Origin: Candidatus Hermodarchaeota archaeon
GTDB taxonomy: Archaea > Asgardarchaeota > Hermodarchaeia > Hermodarchaeales > Hermodarchaeaceae
NCBI GenBank assembly: GCA_016840065.1
Contig: JAEOTB010000012.1
Coordinates: 1-25,673 of the forward strand
Direction: 5' to 3'
Length of the DNA: 25,673 nucleotides
The first letter of the stretch is position 1. Each line of letters starts with the position of its first letter. Below, in pieces: positions 8,470-16,219 of the stretch. The position numbers were made by a program, and so were the translations under genes. Under the pieces are notes generated by a model. That model was not told the origin of the DNA. It saw nothing but the letters and a program-made list of their open reading frames with translations, and searched no databases.

Positions 8470-9306
8470 ATGGTGTACGTCGCAATGGGAAGGGATGCGA
8501 AACGGTATGTACGCTTGAAGGAGCTTTCAGGATTCGTCAAGGTAAAATGGGATGTCCTCTTCAAGAAACACGTCGTGATAGCGGGTGTGGGTGGACTAGG
8601 TTCCATAGCTAGTGAAATGTTGACCCGCTGTGGAATCGGCACACTTTCCCTAATTGATATGGATGTAGTGAACGAGGAGAACCTGAACCGCCTCTTCTAT
8701 CGCACAGAACACATCGGTCAACGAAAAGTAGACGTGGCCAAGATCACCCTTGCCCAGGTTAATCCTGATGTTCACGTCGAAACCTATCACACAGATATAT
8801 GCGCCGAAGCCTTCGAACCGGTGTTAGAAAAATTACTCAAAAGATGTGACCTTCTTCTAATGGGGCTTGACAATCTCCCCAGTCGACAATATGTCAACGT
8901 GAAATGTGTTATCACTAAAACCCCTTATGTGGATGCAGGGGTCTCACGGAGCAGTTTATCAGGAAACGTGTTCTTCATAAAACCTCAGGAAACAGCCTGT
9001 GCAGAGTGTATCGGATTTGGACCCCCAATAAGGCACAAGAGGGGTCTACCCTGCAATGCTTCACTACCCACCACATTTGCCATCATCGCAGGCATCCAGG
9101 TTCAGCAAGCCCTGAAATATCTCTTAGGATTTGGAGCAACAAACAGATATCTAGCCTATGACGCCTTCTCCGATGAAATCACATTAGTACGATTTGATAA
9201 GAATCCAGATTGCCATATCTGCAGTGAAACCAGGAGAAGAAGAGCAAAGGCACCAAAAGCTAGCGCTGAAGAACTCGAAGCACTAGCCAGAGAACTAGAA
9301 GACTAG
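8470..9306 (+). CDS. uba5: E1-like activating enzyme (ThiF/MoeB superfamily), UBA5-like
   Basis: GVGGLGSIASEMLTRCGIG, NLNRLFY, Zn ligands C177/C180/C248/C251, catalytic-type C195 in CNASLPTT, and ALKYLLGFG. Human UBA5 as recalled: GVGGVGSVTAEMLTRCGIG, NMNRLFF, CAASLPTT, VLKFLLNFG. Confidence 0.88.
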   Translation: MVYVAMGRDAKRYVRLKELSGFVKVKWDVLFKKHVVIAGVGGLGSIASEMLTRCGIGTLSLIDMDVVNEENLNRLFYRTEHIGQRKVDVAKITLAQVNPDVHVETYHTDICAEAFEPVLEKLLKRCDLLLMGLDNLPSRQYVNVKCVITKTPYVDAGVSRSSLSGNVFFIKPQETACAECIGFGPPIRHKRGLPCNASLPTTFAIIAGIQVQQALKYLLGFGATNRYLAYDAFSDEITLVRFDKNPDCHICSETRRRRAKAPKASAEELEALARELED

Positions 9307-9314
9307 GATAGTTC

Positions 9315-10136
9315 CTAACCCGAATTCTCCCCTCTTTGTCGTTTTCTCCATTCGCTAACAATACAATTTAATTCAGAAACCCACCAGATGTAGATTTCTC
9401 GACTGAAGAAATGAGCAATGCCGTAGGTGGGTTTCCAGGCTCGTTTGAGCTCCTTCATATGATCGTGACATATCGGGTAGAATACCTTGCCATCTTCTTC
9501 GAAAGTAGGTTTCCTGTAGAACTTGCTTGTAAGACCACAGATTCTATCATCGAGAAAGGCACGGGGCATCACCTTAGGATATTCGCTACCTAAAACAACC
9601 CTCAAATCGAACTCCAAAGTGGGCTCTTCGGGCACTTTGATGAATCCCTTCCACTTCTGATAGTTGTCTCCATCCCTAGCACGGGGGACCAGCTGAAACC
9701 ACATGGGTGCTTTAAACCTCTTCATTAACAGATTCTTATAACGCACCATAAAGGCGAGTTCAACTTTGACTCGATCATACCAGTCTCGATCCCTTGGTGT
9801 GATGCGAGAAACTTCCTTTGGCATTTCCGGGAAATGTCTTTCAATTCCAGTATCGAAAACGTCCTCATCTGTCCCCACAATGGTTCGGGGGAGAATCCTG
9901 AAATTAGTACCATACTTTGCTACTACTTCCCCAACCGTTTCGCTTAGTAGATCATCAAGCATGCCGCGATGTTTCTCTTCGCTTTGTATGCTTGTCTCCT
10001 CCAAGGGCAGCCCAAGTTTCTTTATCACATCTCGAACTACTTCCTTGAATAATACGTCCGTGCCAACTACCACTGGTATCTGGTCCCTGCGGACCCCGAC
10101 TGTGGGTTTGAAGATAAGTTTGACCAATCCAAACAC
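9315..10136 (-). CDS. ufm1-ufc1: UFM1-like modifier fused to UFC1-like E2 conjugating enzyme
   Basis: aa 1-88 end in TVGEVVAKYGTNFRILPRTIVG (UFM1 recalled: [22 protein letters not shown]). The remainder has PRDRDWYDRVKVE, EFDL..YP..P, GLTSKFYR, ICHDH (C223), YGIAH (UFC1 recalled: PRDRELWVQRLKEE, EFDI..YP..P, GKTAKMYR, ICLTDH, FGLAH). Likely true start is the TTG at 10127, preceded by GGGTG. Confidence 0.88.
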   Translation of the reverse strand: MFGLVKLIFKPTVGVRRDQIPVVVGTDVLFKEVVRDVIKKLGLPLEETSIQSEEKHRGMLDDLLSETVGEVVAKYGTNFRILPRTIVGTDEDVFDTGIERHFPEMPKEVSRITPRDRDWYDRVKVELAFMVRYKNLLMKRFKAPMWFQLVPRARDGDNYQKWKGFIKVPEEPTLEFDLRVVLGSEYPKVMPRAFLDDRICGLTSKFYRKPTFEEDGKVFYPICHDHMKELKRAWKPTYGIAHFFSREIYIWWVSELNCIVSEWRKRQRGENSG

Positions 10137-10312
10137 CCTATTGACTTAAATCCTTGCCCTCTATGTCCACTTCGTCTTCTAAGAACTTTTCGCTCCAAAA
10201 AAACAACAAAGAAAGGGAAAGATAAAGTGGAAGGAGATGTTACAAACTAATAAGGTTCTAATTCTCATATGATATTAATTGGAACCAACTAGATGAGAAG
10301 GAAGGATTCATC

Positions 10313-11404
10313 TTGGTCAACGGAGTTGTATTGGAGGAAGCCATCAAAAACTACATTCAACACCGTGCAGCTGCGAGCAAAACAGAGGTGTATGGATGGC
10401 TTATCGGTTTTGATAATCCAAAAGGTGACGTGTTCATCACAGCGCCCCTAGACTGCACACGTTATGATAGGCAAAGCGTGAGCGATGCTGTACCCAACAT
10501 AGACGAGTTACATATAGTCTCCGCAATGATGATACAGGGCATGGGGATTGTGGGAATCTACCACTCACACCCAAGAGAAGTATTTCACAGCTCCACTGAT
10601 GACTACACAGTACAGACTTTGGCGAAGATGTATCCAAACATCGTATCCATTGTAACCAACGGCGATGAGACACGCTGTTACCGGCTTCTTGATGGAAAGA
10701 TTGGAGAAGTCTCCCCAACCCAAGAGACCTTGCCTCCCACCAATTATCTCAATTTCCAGTTACCCATCAAATCCCAAGTACACATTGGCAGCAAAACACG
10801 ACATGATCAAATAGATTCCTTGGTTTCTACTCAGCTACAAACAGCACTCCAGGATAGTCTTGAGAAATGCCATTTCAAGCTTGACGGTAAGCGTTTAAAA
10901 GACAAACAACGACTCAGCAAACTCCCATCTGGTAGTGCTGTTCTACTGCAACCCAGTCATTGGCAAATGCCCTCCAAGGATACCCTAACCCTCCAAGGGA
11001 GGCCTATTCTCACCTCAGTCGAGACAACCCTAAAAGCCCGTGTTATAGTAAGGGAAGGGGAACGGCTGAGAGATTTAAGAAATGCCATCGAAAACGAGTT
11101 AGCAGATGATTTAGTCCAGAAAATAGCGTCAGGCAAATACTTCCACAAGGAGAAACGTTACACACCTGCTCAAACTATCTTCATCAAATACTTGCAGGCC
11201 CATCTAAAACTCTACATACCCTTTGGTAAACCAGACCCAGACCAATACAATTACTGTAAAGAACTGGTCAACTCTGCACGACTTTTACTAAAACTCGGTA
11301 AACAGGCAGAAGCGTTGATCCTACTTCTCGGGCTGAGCAAATACTTTGGAGGAGTGGGAGACAAAGAACTCCAAAGCGAGGCAAAGGCAATCTCAGAATC
11401 CTAA
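10313..11404 (+). CDS. JAB/MPN+ (JAMM) metalloprotease with ~240-aa C-terminal extension
   Basis: E25 (EVYGWLIG) and H84-x-H86-x6-S93-x2-D96 (VGIYHSHPREVFHSSTD). Confidence 0.9.
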   Translation: MVNGVVLEEAIKNYIQHRAAASKTEVYGWLIGFDNPKGDVFITAPLDCTRYDRQSVSDAVPNIDELHIVSAMMIQGMGIVGIYHSHPREVFHSSTDDYTVQTLAKMYPNIVSIVTNGDETRCYRLLDGKIGEVSPTQETLPPTNYLNFQLPIKSQVHIGSKTRHDQIDSLVSTQLQTALQDSLEKCHFKLDGKRLKDKQRLSKLPSGSAVLLQPSHWQMPSKDTLTLQGRPILTSVETTLKARVIVREGERLRDLRNAIENELADDLVQKIASGKYFHKEKRYTPAQTIFIKYLQAHLKLYIPFGKPDPDQYNYCKELVNSARLLLKLGKQAEALILLLGLSKYFGGVGDKELQSEAKAISES

Positions 11405-11500
11405 TAATATCAATTCATCAAGAAGAGAACATACTTAAGAACCAATTAACACTACTATTAGAGAAGTTCCCAGGCTGGGGACCAGGATGGATATTTAACA

Positions 11501-12100
11501 ATGGGAATACTCGATAAAATACTCGGAAGAAACAAATTCGACTTAGAGCTTGTAGAGCGTCTGAAGGACAAGATAGACGACTTCATTCTCGACATCCGTA
11601 CAAAGGAACGAATGGCCAAACACCGAATCAAGAGGGCAATTGAGCAGAATCGTCAAGCGCCACCAGCTTTGCTTATGCAATGGAAGATGTCGAGAACACT
11701 ACTGCTTTCACTGGAAAACACTAGTGCGACTTTGGATACTGCCATAACCATGCGAACCTTCATGGAAGGTGTAGCAGAGATCCTTGGTACAAAGGAGATG
11801 GCAAAAGTAGGCGAAATGATGGGCAAAATCGCCACCGAGATGCGTACCATGAGCGCGGGCGTCAGCGAAATGATCAAGATGTCGAAGGGAATAGTGACCG
11901 GCTTGACACGGTTCACCGAGAAAACCGGTATTCAGATGGAGGAATTAAGTGCCATCGCGATGGATGCCTCCGAATCAGATTATTCAGAGATAACAAGAGA
12001 AATAGTCGGTGAAATCAGTGCAGATGACCCAGAGTTCGTCCGATCTCTTCCAAAGGAAACTCTAAGAGATCTAGGGATTGAGAAACAGAAAGGCTCCTAA
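11501..12100 (+). CDS. ESCRT-III/Snf7-like helical protein
   Basis: N-terminal amphipathic MGILDKILGRNK, basic helical hairpin, Met-rich middle helices, acidic C-terminus, ~200 aa. Ends 2 nt upstream of a MIT-AAA gene. Confidence 0.7.
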   Translation: MGILDKILGRNKFDLELVERLKDKIDDFILDIRTKERMAKHRIKRAIEQNRQAPPALLMQWKMSRTLLLSLENTSATLDTAITMRTFMEGVAEILGTKEMAKVGEMMGKIATEMRTMSAGVSEMIKMSKGIVTGLTRFTEKTGIQMEELSAIAMDASESDYSEITREIVGEISADDPEFVRSLPKETLRDLGIEKQKGS

Positions 12101-12102
12101 TC

Positions 12103-13281
12103 ATGGGAGGGCCGGGGAGGATTGCACTGTCTTCGATAAAGGAATTTAAGACCCTGCGGCAACTGCTTCGCGTGCAACTGCAAGCCCAGAAATACGCCGA
12201 GGCAATTGTCACTACTAAGAAGATTCTCACAATACTCAAGGGGCTCGAGTTGTCAGCTCCACAGGAGGTCAAGGATGTTTGGCGGAAAACCGCTGAAAGC
12301 TACAGGACCTTACTAGAAAAACTCGAGAAAACACCCAAGCAAATCGCTGCAATACCAGGGCAAGAGGAAACACCTGATGGTAGCATCGGTGCAGTTGACC
12401 TTCCAAAGGATTGCGCTGAAATGTTCTCCTCAGCCTCAAAGTCAACACTGGGTTTCAACGATCTTGCTGGACTAGAACAAGTCAAGGAGGACTTGAAGGA
12501 TAGCATCGAACTGCCCCTCAAATACCCAGACAAATGGCAGAAACTAGGTGTCAAATCAATATCTGGGCTTCTGCTATATGGTCCGCCAGGATGTGGCAAG
12601 ACCTATGTGGCCAAATGTGCATCTGGTCAATTCAACATCAGACTACTGGTGGCTGACCCATCGGTGGTCATGTCGAAGTACGTTGGCGAATCAGAGAAGG
12701 TCGTCGCCAAATTATTCAAGTGCGCACGAAAGGCAGCACCTGCCATTGTATTTGTCGATGAGGTGGACAAACTCATCCCCCTCGAATCCAAAGGATCTGA
12801 GGTGCCACAGCGAGTGGAGGCACAGTTCCTCCAAGAGATGAGTGGCATAAAGCCTGAAAGCAACTTCATCGTCGTTATGGCAACAAATGAGCCCTGGAAC
12901 CTGAATCCAGCAATCATTCGCCCCGGTAGGATTGACCGATGGGTGTATGTCCCGGAACCTGACAGAGAGACTCGACAGCGAATATTCGAGTTAAACCTCT
13001 CAGGTTTGACCATTTCAGGCGAAGTGAGTTACTATAAACTCGCAGCAATGACGGAACCTACAGATACGCGCTGTTATGCAGCTTCAGATATTACAGCCAT
13101 TTGTGAGGACATCAGGCTTCACATCGCAAAGGACTGGGCAGAAACGGACATCCTGTCACCTGTTACGATGCAACGGGTCAAGGATGCTATGAAGAAGGTC
13201 AGGCCCTCAATCTCCAAGCAACAAATCTCACGATACATCAAATGGGGCAAGGACCCCAAGGCAACTGGACGGAGTGTTTAG
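12103..13281 (+). CDS. vps4: MIT-domain single-cassette AAA+ ATPase, Vps4/CdvC-like
   Basis: MIT-like N-terminus (QKYAEAI...VKDVWRKTAESYRTLLEKLE), Walker A GPPGCGKT, pore loop SKYVGESEK, Walker B IVFVDE, ATNEPW, C-terminal VRPSISKQQISRYIKW. Confidence 0.8.
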   Translation: MGGPGRIALSSIKEFKTLRQLLRVQLQAQKYAEAIVTTKKILTILKGLELSAPQEVKDVWRKTAESYRTLLEKLEKTPKQIAAIPGQEETPDGSIGAVDLPKDCAEMFSSASKSTLGFNDLAGLEQVKEDLKDSIELPLKYPDKWQKLGVKSISGLLLYGPPGCGKTYVAKCASGQFNIRLLVADPSVVMSKYVGESEKVVAKLFKCARKAAPAIVFVDEVDKLIPLESKGSEVPQRVEAQFLQEMSGIKPESNFIVVMATNEPWNLNPAIIRPGRIDRWVYVPEPDRETRQRIFELNLSGLTISGEVSYYKLAAMTEPTDTRCYAASDITAICEDIRLHIAKDWAETDILSPVTMQRVKDAMKKVRPSISKQQISRYIKWGKDPKATGRSV

Positions 13282-13284
13282 AAA

Positions 13285-13947
13285 ATGTTCTTTAGAAGAA
13301 AACCAACTGTAGAAAGAATCGTTGAACGAATCATCAAAATAGGTAAGGAATTACGGGACGCCGGTCAACCAAGTAAGATGAGAGAACTTGCGCGAGATGC
13401 TGCAGGTTTGATAAGAGATGTAACATACGATCAGCGAGAAGAAATCTGGTCATCAGTCAATCTAGAATATTTCAACGAATCAATTGCCTACTATCAACGT
13501 CAAGTTGATGACGCATATCGCCGATTACACAACGAACTTTCTAAAATGCGTAAATTGAAAGAGCAAGGACAACCAATCCCGGATAGTATAGTGGGACTTG
13601 TGAAAGAGCTAGAACTAGAGCTAGACGAAGAATATGCCCTTCTACACCTTCACAAAAGCCGTCAATTGCTGATAAGGCGAATTGTGAAAATGGGACGAAC
13701 CCCAGATCAAGCTGTGAAAGAAAGCATCCGACATACACAGCTATCCCAGGCGCACTTCATGAAACTGCGACACCAGTGGGGAATGTATAAGGAACTAAGC
13801 CGGGAATGGGGATCTGCAGATGAACTACTTGATAAATACGGGTCGCTAGATTATGAATCACCACCTGTAACTGAATCATCCGCAGAAGCCACAGAGGAGC
13901 AGAGTGAAGCAGATCGTCTACTTGAAAAATATAAAGAAGAAGGATGA
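13285..13947 (+). CDS. Coiled-coil protein, possibly a divergent ESCRT-III/PspA-like subunit
   Basis: MFFRRK N-terminus, long helical hairpin, acidic tail with duplicated AD(E/R)LL(D/E)KY. 3 nt after the ATPase; ATGA overlap with the next gene. Confidence 0.6.
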   Translation: MFFRRKPTVERIVERIIKIGKELRDAGQPSKMRELARDAAGLIRDVTYDQREEIWSSVNLEYFNESIAYYQRQVDDAYRRLHNELSKMRKLKEQGQPIPDSIVGLVKELELELDEEYALLHLHKSRQLLIRRIVKMGRTPDQAVKESIRHTQLSQAHFMKLRHQWGMYKELSREWGSADELLDKYGSLDYESPPVTESSAEATEEQSEADRLLEKYKEEG

Positions 13948-14768
13948 CAGAAATCACCTTTATCCCAACTGAGCAGGCCATTCGAGATGTTTTACGCGAA
14001 ATCGAGAAGATGCGGCGTGGCATCCTTAGCCCCCACGCTATTACCATTGAGGCTACGCGATTCTCCTTTTCCAAGGGAAGATTTGGAGGCGGAGGTCTTA
14101 AAGAGAAACGTGTAACAGGTGACCTGCTAGCCATCTGTCCTGTTCTCAAGGAAAACATCGAGTCTGCGAAGGGATTGGGTGATAACCGGGATCTACAGAT
14201 ACAGATTATGCTACGAGTACTCAAAGAATTTCAGTTGGTAAGAAAGGGCGTAGATAGTCTTCGCCAGGCGTTTCACCTCATTGACCGCCTTGAAGCAATA
14301 ACAGATATTGGCCACCCAAAGTCCTTCACCAAAGCCCTCAAGAAGGTCCAATTAAAAATCGAATCCATCCAGCTCCAGCTCTTACTGAACGGTACCCACA
14401 ATCTCGACATCCTCACAGAACTTGAAGCAAGGGTTGAGAAGCTAGAAGCGCAAGTTAAACAGCACCTAGCAGCACCCAGCTTTTCCGAACCGACCATTGA
14501 CGATGTAGAACCCAGTACTACCGTTGAACCCGACACATCACCATTAACACCTGAGGATGCAGCTGAAGCACTCGAAGAATGGCCAAAAGATGATGTGGAA
14601 AAATCCTTCTCACAACTTGATGCGATAATCAAGAAAATGAAGACCGAGGGGCTCACAGAAGCCCCAGTTGGAGACATAGAGCCTAAAATCGTCCGTGCCT
14701 ACATGATCACCCACGATACAAGAATGAGGTATGACATCGTCCAACACAGAATCGTAGACGACGAATAG
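13944..14768 (+). CDS. Hypothetical protein (helical domain, coiled coil, acidic Pro/Thr linker, small C-terminal domain)
   Basis: Translationally coupled by ATGA overlap; LTELEARVEKLEAQVK coiled coil; no family recognised. Confidence 0.75.
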   Translation: MTEITFIPTEQAIRDVLREIEKMRRGILSPHAITIEATRFSFSKGRFGGGGLKEKRVTGDLLAICPVLKENIESAKGLGDNRDLQIQIMLRVLKEFQLVRKGVDSLRQAFHLIDRLEAITDIGHPKSFTKALKKVQLKIESIQLQLLLNGTHNLDILTELEARVEKLEAQVKQHLAAPSFSEPTIDDVEPSTTVEPDTSPLTPEDAAEALEEWPKDDVEKSFSQLDAIIKKMKTEGLTEAPVGDIEPKIVRAYMITHDTRMRYDIVQHRIVDDE

Positions 14769-14800
14769 AAAAATTGAATACTCTCTGGAGGGAAGAAGAT

Positions 14801-15835
14801 ATGAGCGAATGTGAGCAATACCTGAAAAGAGCCAAGAAAGCTGCAAGTGTACTCAAACGGGATTGGTGGACAGCTGGAAGCCACTTTCGGCTGGCAGCAG
14901 ACTGCTTTGAGAACCATGGGAAATGGAAAGAAGCTGCTGATGCCTACCTACAGGCTTGCGAAGCCTTGGGAAAGTATGATAGGGATGAGCGGATGAGCCG
15001 GGAAGGACAGGTACAAACCGCCATCAAGGGAATATTCTGTACTAGTAAAGTAGACAAAGCAGATAGGAATCTTGTTGCAGTTGAATACCTCCTCAAGGTT
15101 CTCACAGCTTTGGATGAACAAATCCTTCGGGAGTTCCTAGAAGTGCATGATTACTCTCAAGCCATTGTGCTTGTTGAAGCGATTGTCGTTGGTTCAAGGT
15201 TTGTGAACAAATCCGAACAAGCCACCGAATACGGGAGAAAACTCGCTATCCTCTATCGCGACTATTCGAAGCTACTTATGGGGCGTCGTGGAATCGATAA
15301 GGCATTTACACTCCTCTCCAAAGGCATTATCAAAGTAACGGCATTAGCGAAACGAAAGGATGTCAACATGCTCATGAAGCAGTATTTTGAAATGCTCTCC
15401 ACCCAAGTGGACATACTAATCGGAAAGAGTGATTGTCAATCAGCAGCCACTACCCTCCACACACGAATAAGAGAGCTTGCCCAATGCGCTTCTGGGAAAA
15501 TCGTCAATCCCTACACATCCAGGTTTCTAAAGCAGATTTCTCAACGGGCAGAGAAACTTTCTGGACCTTGCAAGGAAGTACTGGGTAACGCGGTCACAAT
15601 GTTAGAACCTAGCCCTACCACAGGAACCGAAGCAGATCTAGAAGAGTTAGATGATACAGTGGAAAGCCCTGTAGCTGATGACTTGGAAAGCGAGATATTT
15701 GCAGTGCAGGAATCTATCAAGGCCTTGGAGAAGAAATTCGACGATGGCCTCGTCTCAACCCCTGACTATACTCGTTTACTGCGAGGATACTACAAGTCCC
15801 TCTACACTTTACGATTAAAGCTGGAGAAGGAATAG
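14801..15835 (+). CDS. SNAP-like TPR/alpha-solenoid protein with C-terminal steadiness-box (ESCRT-I)-like hairpin
   Basis: ATG 14801 follows GGAGG (the ORF track starts at TTG 14774). N-terminus EQYLKRAKKA...DWWTAGSHFRLAADCFENHGKWKEAADAYLQA; C-terminus AVQESIKALEKKFDDGLVSTPDYTRLLRGYYKSLYTLRLKL. Confidence 0.65.
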   Translation: MSECEQYLKRAKKAASVLKRDWWTAGSHFRLAADCFENHGKWKEAADAYLQACEALGKYDRDERMSREGQVQTAIKGIFCTSKVDKADRNLVAVEYLLKVLTALDEQILREFLEVHDYSQAIVLVEAIVVGSRFVNKSEQATEYGRKLAILYRDYSKLLMGRRGIDKAFTLLSKGIIKVTALAKRKDVNMLMKQYFEMLSTQVDILIGKSDCQSAATTLHTRIRELAQCASGKIVNPYTSRFLKQISQRAEKLSGPCKEVLGNAVTMLEPSPTTGTEADLEELDDTVESPVADDLESEIFAVQESIKALEKKFDDGLVSTPDYTRLLRGYYKSLYTLRLKLEKE

Positions 15836-15837
15836 TC

Positions 15838-16197
15838 ATGCCTGGGATGAGAGAGAAAGACACCAACCTCAAACAAACCCGCAAAGCTAGCTCCTTCTCA
15901 GATTTATCCCAAGCAGAACAGGCACGCATAGATCCTCAGCTTATCCAACATTTGAATTGGAGGGACGCTTCGTCTCTGGTATCCATCATTGTTAAATTGA
16001 CCAGTTTCGATGACGCGGTGCTCGACACGTTACCCTCTGGTTTCTCTATTCGCCGTCGAATGAAGCTGCTTGCGATGGTGTCGGGTGAAGGCTCGGTTGA
16101 GACCATACTCCAGCTAGCCCAGTGCAGAGGAGTGGTAATGATTTCCGAAGACTTAGAAGTTCAGGCATTGGAGGGTACGGCCCAGAACAGCACCTAA
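15838..16197 (+). CDS. Stand-alone subtilisin propeptide / inhibitor I9-like protein
   Basis: RIDPQL...VSIIVKL...IRRRMKLLAMVSGE...ILQLAQCRGVVMISEDLEVQAL is the typical subtilase prodomain pattern; has its own stop codon. Confidence 0.75.
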   Translation: MPGMREKDTNLKQTRKASSFSDLSQAEQARIDPQLIQHLNWRDASSLVSIIVKLTSFDDAVLDTLPSGFSIRRRMKLLAMVSGEGSVETILQLAQCRGVVMISEDLEVQALEGTAQNST

Positions 16198-16219
16198 CAA
16201 TACAAGGGAGGAATATGTT

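Noticed and set aside
8470-9306. Annotation as ThiF/MoeB for thiamine or molybdopterin synthesis
   Set aside because: No cofactor-biosynthesis genes nearby, no rhodanese domain, UBA5-type motifs, and an adjacent E2.
12103-13281. Annotation as Cdc48, FtsH or PAN
   Set aside because: Only one AAA cassette; no TM or protease domain; no coiled-coil/OB N-domain; the N-terminus is MIT-like.
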